From NCBI GenBank assembly GCA_007376395.1, contig VMGE01000003.1:26057-90056 (forward strand): a DNA stretch of 64,000 nucleotides, written 5' to 3'. The notes beneath the pieces were generated by a model. That model searched no databases. It was not told the origin of the DNA and was given only the letters and a program-made list of their open reading frames with translations. Numbering within the stretch: the stretch's first letter is position 1; the number at the start of each line of letters is the position of its first letter. The position numbers were made by a program, and so were the translations under genes. This stretch comes from Microgenomates group bacterium Gr01-1014_5 (lineage in GTDB: Bacteria > Patescibacteriota > Microgenomatia > UBA8517 > UBA10165). This document shows positions 48,128-56,294 of the stretch, in pieces.

Positions 48128-48203
48128 TGGGCCCAGTTGGACTCGAACCAACAAAACCTTCTAGGTATAAGCTAGACGCTCTGGCCAATTGAGCTATGGG
48201 CCC
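48128..48203 (-). tRNA. tRNA-Ile(UAU)
   Basis: Acceptor GGGCCCA/TGGGCCC; anticodon arm TCTAG-CT-TAT-AC-CTAGA; T arm GTTGG-TTCGAGT-CCAAC. Confidence 0.88.
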
Positions 48204-48227
48204 CAACCATGGCTATTTTATCATATT

Positions 48228-48908
48228 TCAAGTCCGAAGTCTCCTGACATATTCGTCAGATACAACCTCTATGCTCATTAAAATCTTCTCGATCAGATCC
48301 CTGCCGTTTACTATCAAATTACAAGTGCCGTGACCGATACCCTTATAAGTTAAGCCTCGTAGTGTTGTTTCTTTTATATAAGGTTTTATAAATTTGCCCT
48401 CAGGAATCCTTAGCTCCTTACTCCAAAATGCAATTTCCATCTTTTGATCCATATCTTTATATAGATGCAACCTAATAGTTATTTTATCTTTTGGAACTTT
48501 AAGAATTTTAATTAGCCAGTAAAGAAAAAATTTTACTACTTTAGGATTAGTGTTACTCAAACTCGTTGCAAATGGCGTAGTCTTTGCTCCCTCACCCCAA
48601 TAAAGAAATAGTCCTGCAATTAACAGTTCTCGCTTCGTTAAGGGCAGTAATAATTTCTTTTGGTGGTCATATACAGCTTTCCGTCTAGTAGTAGTTTTTA
48701 TTCTCCATGTCTCTCTAAATCTCTCAATACGTTTTTCGCTATTTGCCCTCAGTTTATTTATTTGCTCTCTACTTAGAGGATATCCGCGAAGCCACAAACT
48801 AAGACTGCTTTTACTTACTTGAAGTTGTTCTTTTATATATGAATAGCTAAAACCTTGCTTCCTTAATTCTAAGGCTTGAAGTCTCTTCTCAGTCAGTGGA
48901 GCAACCAT
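48228..48908 (-). CDS. HTH + LAGLIDADG-like domain protein (tRNA-adjacent, copy 3)
   Basis: ALELRKQGFSYS.I...L.VSKSSLS.W; LLIAGLFLYWGEGAK, SNTNP, FWS..LRIP, GHGT. Confidence 0.75.
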   Translation of the reverse strand: MVAPLTEKRLQALELRKQGFSYSYIKEQLQVSKSSLSLWLRGYPLSREQINKLRANSEKRIERFRETWRIKTTTRRKAVYDHQKKLLLPLTKRELLIAGLFLYWGEGAKTTPFATSLSNTNPKVVKFFLYWLIKILKVPKDKITIRLHLYKDMDQKMEIAFWSKELRIPEGKFIKPYIKETTLRGLTYKGIGHGTCNLIVNGRDLIEKILMSIEVVSDEYVRRLRT

Positions 48909-48945
48909 ATAAACCAGTAAATACTAAATAAGAAACTACTAATTT

Positions 48946-48974
48946 AGTGTACGAATAATTGGGGGTAATGTCAA
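48946..48974 (-). promoter_or_regulatory. Sigma70 promoter of HTH/LAGLIDADG copy 3
   Basis: TTGACA-N17-TACACT. Confidence 0.6.
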
Positions 48975-49011
48975 TTAGAGCTTCGCGCTACCACCACTGA
49001 GCTACGGGCCC
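48975..49011 (-). pseudogene. Truncated tRNA 5' remnant resembling the tRNA-Ile 5' end
   Basis: GGGCCCGTAGCTCAGTGGTGGTAGCG vs GGGCCCATAGCTCAATTGG; preceded by an extended -10 TGATATAAT; no 3' half. Confidence 0.65.
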
Positions 49012-49026
49012 GTGCCTGCAATTATA

Positions 49027-49434
49027 TCACTCCATGCCATTAGATTCTAGCTTCGCAAAGGCTTTCTGAAGTTTTTCATCGAATGTTGCAAATTTATCTG
49101 CATTGTTTTTCTTTGCATAAAAAAGATTGAAGGAATCTGGTAAATTAAATCTTGTTGTAGAATAGTGCTCAACAGCCAGAGTTAGTGACTCTCTATAATC
49201 AAGTTGAATAAACTTTAGGTCTAAAATTTGTCTCAATTCTTTCACTAATTCCCTTCTGTCTTTTTTATAGACGCTTTTCAACACCCAATAAACTTCAAAA
49301 ATTACAATAACAGAAGTAAAAAGTTTAACTTCTTCTTTCGCCCCCCTTAAAAGAAGTTTTTCTGCTTGTTTATGTTGAGAAAGATTATCTTTTAGAAGAA
49401 AGCGCAAGAATAAATTAGTATCAATAAAGATCAT
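49027..49434 (-). CDS. PIN-domain (VapC-like) toxin
   Basis: IDTN, FE, LPD, TFD acidic residues. Confidence 0.88.
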   Translation of the reverse strand: MIFIDTNLFLRFLLKDNLSQHKQAEKLLLRGAKEEVKLFTSVIVIFEVYWVLKSVYKKDRRELVKELRQILDLKFIQLDYRESLTLAVEHYSTTRFNLPDSFNLFYAKKNNADKFATFDEKLQKAFAKLESNGME

Positions 49435-49679
49435 TTTTCGTATTTTGCAGAATAATGTTCTTTAATTGCCAATTCTATAATCTCATCATCGCTCATTCCT
49501 CTAAATCTCTTTGGCTTCTTTACAGACCCTGCAAGACGTTTAACTAAAGCAACCGCAGACTCGACTTTTAAAATTCCATTGTCTTCATTGACTACAACTC
49601 TATCCCCCACTTTAAGCCCTGCTTTTCTGAAGACTTTTACAGGAATTGTAAGTTGTCTTTTACTGGTAATAGTAGCCAT
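49431..49679 (-). CDS. AbrB/MazE/SpoVT-family antitoxin
   Basis: ATITSKRQLTIPVKVFRKAGLKVGD. Confidence 0.88.
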   Translation of the reverse strand: MATITSKRQLTIPVKVFRKAGLKVGDRVVVNEDNGILKVESAVALVKRLAGSVKKPKRFRGMSDDEIIELAIKEHYSAKYEK

Positions 49680-49763
49680 TGACATTGTAAGGAAATTATA
49701 TAAAAACAAGGAAATATTGTCAAGGTAAGGAAAATTTTGAGTCTAATATATAATGAAAACTTT

Positions 49764-52700
49764 TTAAGAAAGTAAAGTTCCTGTTTGTTTGCTTAAGATT
49801 ACTGCGTTTAAGTCATGATATCCGCCAAACCAACTCATTAAACCCCCCAAAGTATCGCTGTATTCAGAAGTATTGTTGCTTGGCGGCAAATATACGCTTA
49901 CCGTACGCTTGTCGGAATTAAACCCTGCTTTTGCCGCTTCTTGGGGGAGAAGTGAAACCGTCTTTGAACTGTCTGCGCCGGTGGCGACAACTATTTCACT
50001 TCCTACAACCAACACAGCGCCAATTGCTTCTGCTTTTTCCAAAGCAAGGCGAATTATAGCACGGTAAATATCTGGCGTCTCGGAAGCGGTGTAGACCGGC
50101 TCAAGCAAGATTGCCGGTTGTTTTTGCCCATCATTTGTTTGAATGTGAGTCAATTTGGCCATTGCACGACCCAGCACCTCTCTTCTCTCGTTTTCCACAT
50201 TAAAAACGCGCTTATTGGCGTCCACCACATAAGCCGGCAAGCAATAGTTGAATGCTCCACCCCGCCAAGACTGACATGTTTCCCGAGGCTCAATTCCCGC
50301 TTTCAATAAAGCTACCGGGTCGTCCGAATCGTATGCCCGCAAGACAGCAACAGTCTCTAATTTTGCTTGGGTAGTAAACACTTTTTCTATTTGATCCAAA
50401 TCCCGCATGGGCTGTTCCAGACCGGACAGTACACCCATAGCGCTCTTTGTTTTTGCCGCGATTGATAAAATATCTTGAGGTTTAAGCGAATCAGGGCTTG
50501 CCGATTCAAGCTGAATAAACCCTTCAATTAAGCGCAGTTCGGCGTCAACAGACCGCTTTCTTACACCTAGTTCTCTTTTCTCATCCTCTTGGGAATTTGC
50601 TTTTATCTCTCTGATCAGGGTTTTTTGCATTTCTCCAAGCTGACGAGCCCTGTCCGGCGAAAAGTCTACTTTATATATATCCTGAACATGAGCCCGCGCT
50701 TCACCAACAATGCGTTTTATAGCGTCAACCGTGGCTTGGCGCGCCTCCGCTCCTTTTTGCGCCTGAACACTCAAGACTACCTCTGGTACCGGTTCGAGCC
50801 AAGCATTCCTCTTGTCTTCTGCTAAAATACTAAGCTGTTCTTTAGACGCCTCAAGGCCCTCTCTCCACGCCTTAAAATCTCCAAAGACAATATGCCTGCC
50901 TATTTCCCGCACCACCCCTTCTTCACTTGAACGGGATAACTTACTCATTTGAGATAGAAGACTGGGTATTATTTCAACAATATTGCTCTCGACTAAATAA
51001 GGAAGTTTCTCATTAACTAAAGCTTTCTCAGCTTCTCCCAACTCCATCTTTTCTGCAACAACGGCAACAACTTTTTCTTTAAGATCGGCAATTGTTTCCT
51101 GAAGCGTAGCTTTGGGGTCGTAAGAAAATTTACCCAATCCGTCTAACGTTTGTAACAGCCGGAAAACTTCCCTTACTCTGGCCGAATCTTCCCTAGCACC
51201 TGTGACAAAACCCAAAACAGACTCTGCAATTTCCCTACCGTTTTCTTTTCCGCTCAACATCAACAGACCCTCAGACATGGCGTTTCTGGCCATTATGCCC
51301 ACTTTCAAGTCCCGTGTATTATAAAGTTCGCGCAACTTAGCAATTAAGGCTTCGTCTAATTTAATTCCTTCGCGAGCAACAATTTCAGGAAACCAAGCGT
51401 AATTGCCATTTTCAGGGTGAACAAGAGCTTTAAAAATGTCAGGTGTGTTAATTCTCCAATCCGCAACACCGCTGGCTGCAACTACCGGCGCAACGCTCTC
51501 GATATTTTGTATTAATAAGTCTTCTACTTTATTAGTAGTGTCTGCCCAACCACCAGCAAAGAAAAATGCGCGCAATTCAGTATCAGTTAAATCTACCCCT
51601 TGTTGTTTACCAATAGTTTTGGCAATTTGGGTCATTTTTTCCAGCGCGAGATATTTTGGAGCTTGCGAGAGAAGACCTGACATACCATAACCATCAAATT
51701 GCTGATAAACACTGTCGCGATTCAGCAACCACTCGGTTATAATCCGTTTATCAAGAGGAGAAGAAGCTTCTATGACTTTATGTAAATCTTCTTGTGTAAG
51801 CGGGTTTTGAGCTATTTTATCTATTGTATAGGCAACTGAATTACTTGTATGCCCACCCGGAAAACGCCGAAGATATTCTATCAAGTGCGGTATTGCGCGA
51901 GGGTCGCGCATAAGATAAAAACAATGACTTGCACTCGTTCCGTCCCAACTTTCTGCTCTCCCATTAAAGAGATCTTGTAAGAACTTTATGTGAACAACAT
52001 CATATAAAGCTCTTGTTTGTTCAGGAGTTGGATTAATCGCTTCCCATTCTTCTTTCTGAAAATCTTTCATCACCCTATATATTGCTTCACCTTTAGCATG
52101 AAACGAATCGGGTAAAAGTTGTGTAAAGTAAGTAAACTGGTTCGACTTATTTTCATAATCTGTCTGTAGTTTTGTAATTTGCTCGAATGTTGCTTGATAA
52201 GCTTTTTTGGTGTCATCGTCTGAAACTGCCGTTGCTAATATTTTGATTGATTCTGCCATTTTCAAACCTTCTTTGTAAGGAAACTTACCTACAATATCCT
52301 TGCCAAACAAATCGCGACCGTATCTTCCTAAAGCTTCAAGACAAATTTCCTGAAGTTCCACTTTTACTTGCTCCATGCGTTGATATAATTCAGAATTTTC
52401 TTCCCGGCGTTTTGGCGAAAACAAAAAGTGCTGTGTCATTGCAACTGCTCTAAATGCCTGAAGGGTGCTTTTGTATGCTTCTTCCGGATTTTCCACTCCA
52501 TCCCTATCAAATTTATGCCGCCTTGACCATATTTCTTCATTTTGTTTGTCTAAAAATAATTGCAGTTTCTCGGTATTTACAGGATCTCCCTGAACCGGCA
52601 TAAACTCAGCACTTGCTACCCCGAAAGGAGACAGCGCAAGGTCAACATCTTCTCGAACAATATTTCCCGGTTTAAGTACAAATCTTAATAAAGGGTTTTT

Positions 52701-52817
52701 AACTCTTGTTTCAACCGCCGCTTTATAATTAGCAACCGCGTTTTTAAGAAGTTTTAAGTTTGGAGATTCAGGCTTTTCAAGCTCTCGATTTTCAATTGGG
52801 GCAGTAGAAACTTCCAT
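49764..52817 (-). CDS. Large hypothetical protein (1017 aa)
   Basis: Long helical ORF; C-terminal TCQSW...NYCL..Y..DANK...LLEPVY segment. Confidence 0.8.
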   Translation of the reverse strand: MEVSTAPIENRELEKPESPNLKLLKNAVANYKAAVETRVKNPLLRFVLKPGNIVREDVDLALSPFGVASAEFMPVQGDPVNTEKLQLFLDKQNEEIWSRRHKFDRDGVENPEEAYKSTLQAFRAVAMTQHFLFSPKRREENSELYQRMEQVKVELQEICLEALGRYGRDLFGKDIVGKFPYKEGLKMAESIKILATAVSDDDTKKAYQATFEQITKLQTDYENKSNQFTYFTQLLPDSFHAKGEAIYRVMKDFQKEEWEAINPTPEQTRALYDVVHIKFLQDLFNGRAESWDGTSASHCFYLMRDPRAIPHLIEYLRRFPGGHTSNSVAYTIDKIAQNPLTQEDLHKVIEASSPLDKRIITEWLLNRDSVYQQFDGYGMSGLLSQAPKYLALEKMTQIAKTIGKQQGVDLTDTELRAFFFAGGWADTTNKVEDLLIQNIESVAPVVAASGVADWRINTPDIFKALVHPENGNYAWFPEIVAREGIKLDEALIAKLRELYNTRDLKVGIMARNAMSEGLLMLSGKENGREIAESVLGFVTGAREDSARVREVFRLLQTLDGLGKFSYDPKATLQETIADLKEKVVAVVAEKMELGEAEKALVNEKLPYLVESNIVEIIPSLLSQMSKLSRSSEEGVVREIGRHIVFGDFKAWREGLEASKEQLSILAEDKRNAWLEPVPEVVLSVQAQKGAEARQATVDAIKRIVGEARAHVQDIYKVDFSPDRARQLGEMQKTLIREIKANSQEDEKRELGVRKRSVDAELRLIEGFIQLESASPDSLKPQDILSIAAKTKSAMGVLSGLEQPMRDLDQIEKVFTTQAKLETVAVLRAYDSDDPVALLKAGIEPRETCQSWRGGAFNYCLPAYVVDANKRVFNVENERREVLGRAMAKLTHIQTNDGQKQPAILLEPVYTASETPDIYRAIIRLALEKAEAIGAVLVVGSEIVVATGADSSKTVSLLPQEAAKAGFNSDKRTVSVYLPPSNNTSEYSDTLGGLMSWFGGYHDLNAVILSKQTGTLLS

Positions 52818-52820
52818 TTT

Positions 52821-55166
52821 TTATAGTTTTGCCCGTCTTCCAATTTCTGCCTCAACCAAAGCCTTATCTCGGCCGTACTTGAGGCGGGACATTTCTTTGA
52901 TAATTTGGGCTACCCGGTCATTTTTACTTGCATTCACCTGAACCATGTCGCGCGTTAGATCGACTGAGAATGGAGGAACAGGCTCGTTATTCACAATTGT
53001 CTTCGTGTAGACATTGAAGCGCTCGATATTTAAGAGATCGTCTTCGTCAAAAACCGGCTGGAATTCGCGAGCCAAATAATTAGCGTCTGTCACACCCACA
53101 CGGAAAGCCATTAATGTTCCGACATTGCCGAAGACTGCGTTTTTGACCTCCTCGTCCATCTGTCCTATAAATTGGTTGGCAACACAAAGTGAAAGTCTAA
53201 ATTTGCGCGCCTCAGAAAGAATTTGGGCAAAGTCAGGCGTCGCAAAGTTTTGGAACTCGTCAACATACATGTAAAAATCTGTACGCTGATTCTCGGGAAC
53301 GTCAGCGCGCGACAAGGCAGCCATTAAAATTCTAGGAATAAGAATTAGTCCCAAGAAACTTGAGTTTTCCTCCCCCAAGCGCCCTTTGGAAAGATTAATC
53401 AAAAGAATTTTTCTGTTGTCCATTACTTCGCGCAGATTGAGCGTGGAGGTGCTTTGACCAATGATATTTCTAATTAATTTATTGGTAACAAAGCGTCCGA
53501 ATTTAGAAACGATATAGTCCAAAACCTCGGATTTGTGGAACTCTGCAGTTTGGGCAATCTGGTCTGTCCAATAGCGGCGGATCATCGGGTCTTTTAGCTT
53601 GGGAATAAGCTCTTGAACAAAGGCCGGATCGGTTAAAATGCGGACGACCTCGACAAAGGTTGCCCCCGGCACTTCGTATGCGGTCAACATCGCGTTGCGG
53701 ACTGAATGCTCAAAACGCGGACCGATAATGCCAGTTTTATACGGATCGTAAAGTTTATACATCAAGTTGATGATGGCGGACGACACAAAGTGCATCTGCT
53801 GTTCACTTACTGCCTCCAGAAGGTTTAGACCTATTGGCCGCTCTTCATCAGCCGGGTCAAAGTAGATAACATCTTCTGCGCGTTCTGGCGGAATCATTTT
53901 CAAGATGTCTTCTATGGCGTCGCCGTGTGGATCCATAAAGCAAAGTCCGCGCCCTCCTCTAATATCTTGCATAATTAAATCCTTCAAAAGCTCTGTCTTG
54001 CCAGTTCCTGTTTTACCGATAATGTACATATGACGGCGCCTGTCGTCGTCCTCGATATAAACCGGGCGCTCTACTCCCCGATACGCACTCTGGCCGATAT
54101 AAAGACCGCTTGTTGCAATCTGCGCCGGAGCCGGAGCGCGCTTGGCATTAAGCCAATAAATGTGCGGGGTTGTAATTTGTTTATTAGGGAGATGGAAAAC
54201 CGTGGCCAACTCCTCTGAATTTAAGACCATCTTTTGGTTGCCAAAAAAGTGCACCATCGGGTGGTAGCGGTAAAGGAAATCAGAAACAAAAGCACCTTTG
54301 TTGCGGATTTTTCTGCCTTTAAATCCATTTAATTCTCCTGAAAACTGTTCAAAAGCAGATTTTATATTAGCTAAATGTGTTTTTGCGGCCGACTCGTCGC
54401 GGGCAACGACAACCGTCCTAATTGTCACTTCAAACCCGGGCTTGGAAAGCTTGTTGTTAATCGCTTCCATTGTTTTTGCGTCGACTTTATAAGAAGCTTT
54501 TTCCGGGTCTGCTTCTGACTTTTTAACCCGGGAGAGATACCCCTTACCTTCTTTTTTCCAATCGCTGTCGGCTGGCGAAAGTAGAATCTGGATGCCAACT
54601 GCTTCCCCCTCCCCCATTTTGGCCAAAGACGAAGTTAAGGAAGAAAGCGGATCAGTGGCTAAATCTTTATAGATTTTGATCGGGTTGAAGCTGGGACTTC
54701 TTAATTGCACAGTCGAGTAGGCAACCTTGCCGTTTTCAGTAAACAGGTTATACTCCGGAACCTCAATGATTTCCGCGTCGGTGTATGCCCCGTAAATTTG
54801 TTTTTCAACTAAATCGTGCAGACGGCGCGGGCACCAAACATAAAAACGGATATCTTCGGATCTGGCGACAATCTCAAAAGAGATTGTTTCTTGGGTATCA
54901 AACCTTTGCTTCCAACCGCCCTTTTTTATTGAATAAAGAGCCGCGAACATTTGTTCTGCCGCGTCAATTTTTACTTCACTGTCGCGCGGAACAGCAATTT
55001 GCAAAAGAATTGAGTCTAAAGACCTTGATTCTCTTTTTCTGTGTTTGAAGATTGTCAAAACCCAGTAAGCTAAGATCGACAAGACTAGGCTTAAAAGGCC
55101 AAAGACGATCAAAACCATGAAGGCGCTAATTACTAATTCTGTCAGTCTGGTGGTAACATCATCCAT
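52821..55166 (-). CDS. VirB4/TraG/HerA-like ATPase with N-terminal TM
   Basis: RRHMYIIGKTGTGKT, DPHGD, YVDEFQNF, SEARKF. Confidence 0.88.
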   Translation of the reverse strand: MDDVTTRLTELVISAFMVLIVFGLLSLVLSILAYWVLTIFKHRKRESRSLDSILLQIAVPRDSEVKIDAAEQMFAALYSIKKGGWKQRFDTQETISFEIVARSEDIRFYVWCPRRLHDLVEKQIYGAYTDAEIIEVPEYNLFTENGKVAYSTVQLRSPSFNPIKIYKDLATDPLSSLTSSLAKMGEGEAVGIQILLSPADSDWKKEGKGYLSRVKKSEADPEKASYKVDAKTMEAINNKLSKPGFEVTIRTVVVARDESAAKTHLANIKSAFEQFSGELNGFKGRKIRNKGAFVSDFLYRYHPMVHFFGNQKMVLNSEELATVFHLPNKQITTPHIYWLNAKRAPAPAQIATSGLYIGQSAYRGVERPVYIEDDDRRRHMYIIGKTGTGKTELLKDLIMQDIRGGRGLCFMDPHGDAIEDILKMIPPERAEDVIYFDPADEERPIGLNLLEAVSEQQMHFVSSAIINLMYKLYDPYKTGIIGPRFEHSVRNAMLTAYEVPGATFVEVVRILTDPAFVQELIPKLKDPMIRRYWTDQIAQTAEFHKSEVLDYIVSKFGRFVTNKLIRNIIGQSTSTLNLREVMDNRKILLINLSKGRLGEENSSFLGLILIPRILMAALSRADVPENQRTDFYMYVDEFQNFATPDFAQILSEARKFRLSLCVANQFIGQMDEEVKNAVFGNVGTLMAFRVGVTDANYLAREFQPVFDEDDLLNIERFNVYTKTIVNNEPVPPFSVDLTRDMVQVNASKNDRVAQIIKEMSRLKYGRDKALVEAEIGRRAKL

Positions 55167-55224
55167 CTTTTGAGAATTTCTAATATCTAATTACTAATTT
55201 CTAAATAAATCCCAATTAGGTCAA

Positions 55225-55575
55225 TTAGGAATTATTTTTGTAGATAACTTTTACTCCTGCCAACGCCGCTTTTTTTGCAATTCTTACACACCACGCCGCT
55301 AGCCAGTAAATTGCGTCGACTATCTTGTGGTGCAAACCATGTTTAATTTCATCTTCAGCCAAAGGCAAGGTGATGGTTACCTGCTGACTACCCGAAGGGG
55401 TTAAAACGACTTGCCCAGAGTCATCGGTTACCGGTTCACTTCCGGGATCGCGCTCTATTTTGTCCAAATACCCCTCAATCGCCTGCTCTTGGTCTTCAAT
55501 CCGCGCCGCCTCGCCAGGTTCTCTTAGTTTTTCTTCAATTAACGGATGTCCTTCTTTTTCCGGAGCAGAAACCAT
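55225..55575 (-). CDS. Conserved hypothetical protein
   Basis: LPL...I..GLH...DAIYWLAAWC. Confidence 0.7.
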   Translation of the reverse strand: MVSAPEKEGHPLIEEKLREPGEAARIEDQEQAIEGYLDKIERDPGSEPVTDDSGQVVLTPSGSQQVTITLPLAEDEIKHGLHHKIVDAIYWLAAWCVRIAKKAALAGVKVIYKNNS

Positions 55576-55610
55576 ACAAATCAATTATAACGCATTTATA
55601 CAGCAGAAGA

Positions 55611-56180
55611 TTACTTAGCTTTCCATATTTCCTCTTTCTTTTTCTCTAGCCTATTTACTTCTCTGGCAAGCATGAAAAGAGTGTCTGAGAGACGGTTAAT
55701 ATAAATCAAAATATTTGGTTCGACTTTTTCTTTTTCTGCAAGTTTGACTACTTCCCGTTCTGCGCGCCGAGTCACTGAACGGGCAACATGCAGAGCCGCT
55801 CCCGATCTGGAACCTCCGGGAAAGATGAAATTTGCCAAAGCTGGCAAAGATCCTTCAAGGCCATCGATTATCTTTTCTAATCGACGCACCCGATCTAAAC
55901 CAATTTCAAAGGGAAGTTTGTTTCCAGGCAGAGTTGCTAAACACGCGGCTATTTCGAAGAGGTCGCTCTGGATTTGGGTTATTTCTGCTCTGATTCCAAC
56001 AAATCTGGCTTGCTTCGATCCTCGTCCAGAGGCGAGAAGACTAGAAACGAAACCCAGGTGTGAATTGAGTTCGTCAATTGACCCAAGAGCGATGATTCGC
56101 TGGTCAGACTTTGATCTCGCGACTTTTTCTCCATATAAATGCGTAGTGCCGCGATCCCCTTTTTTGGTATAAACAGCCAT
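55611..56180 (-). CDS. pduO: ATP:cob(I)alamin adenosyltransferase
   Basis: YTKKGDRGTT, GSIDELNS, FIFPGG, RRAER, NRLSD. Confidence 0.92.
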   Translation of the reverse strand: MAVYTKKGDRGTTHLYGEKVARSKSDQRIIALGSIDELNSHLGFVSSLLASGRGSKQARFVGIRAEITQIQSDLFEIAACLATLPGNKLPFEIGLDRVRRLEKIIDGLEGSLPALANFIFPGGSRSGAALHVARSVTRRAEREVVKLAEKEKVEPNILIYINRLSDTLFMLAREVNRLEKKKEEIWKAK

Positions 56181-56294
56181 AGTTTGGGATAAGTATATCG
56201 TAGTGGGTAGTAAGAAGAAAAAAGGTGTATTACTTCATGCACCCCAGGGCAGGCGTACATTCCTAACTACTCACAACTCACTACTTATCCCTTC

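Noticed and set aside
48970-49011. Amber-suppressor (CUA) tRNA, or the 5' exon of a tRNA whose intron holds the HTH gene
   Set aside because: CT-CTA-AT falls at the anticodon position, but CGAAG has no complementary 3' strand nearby or in tRNA-Ile, and I saw no group I R/S elements; treated as a remnant
52821-55166. Conjugative element or complete T4SS
   Set aside because: Only one ATPase; no relaxase or mating-pair genes nearby
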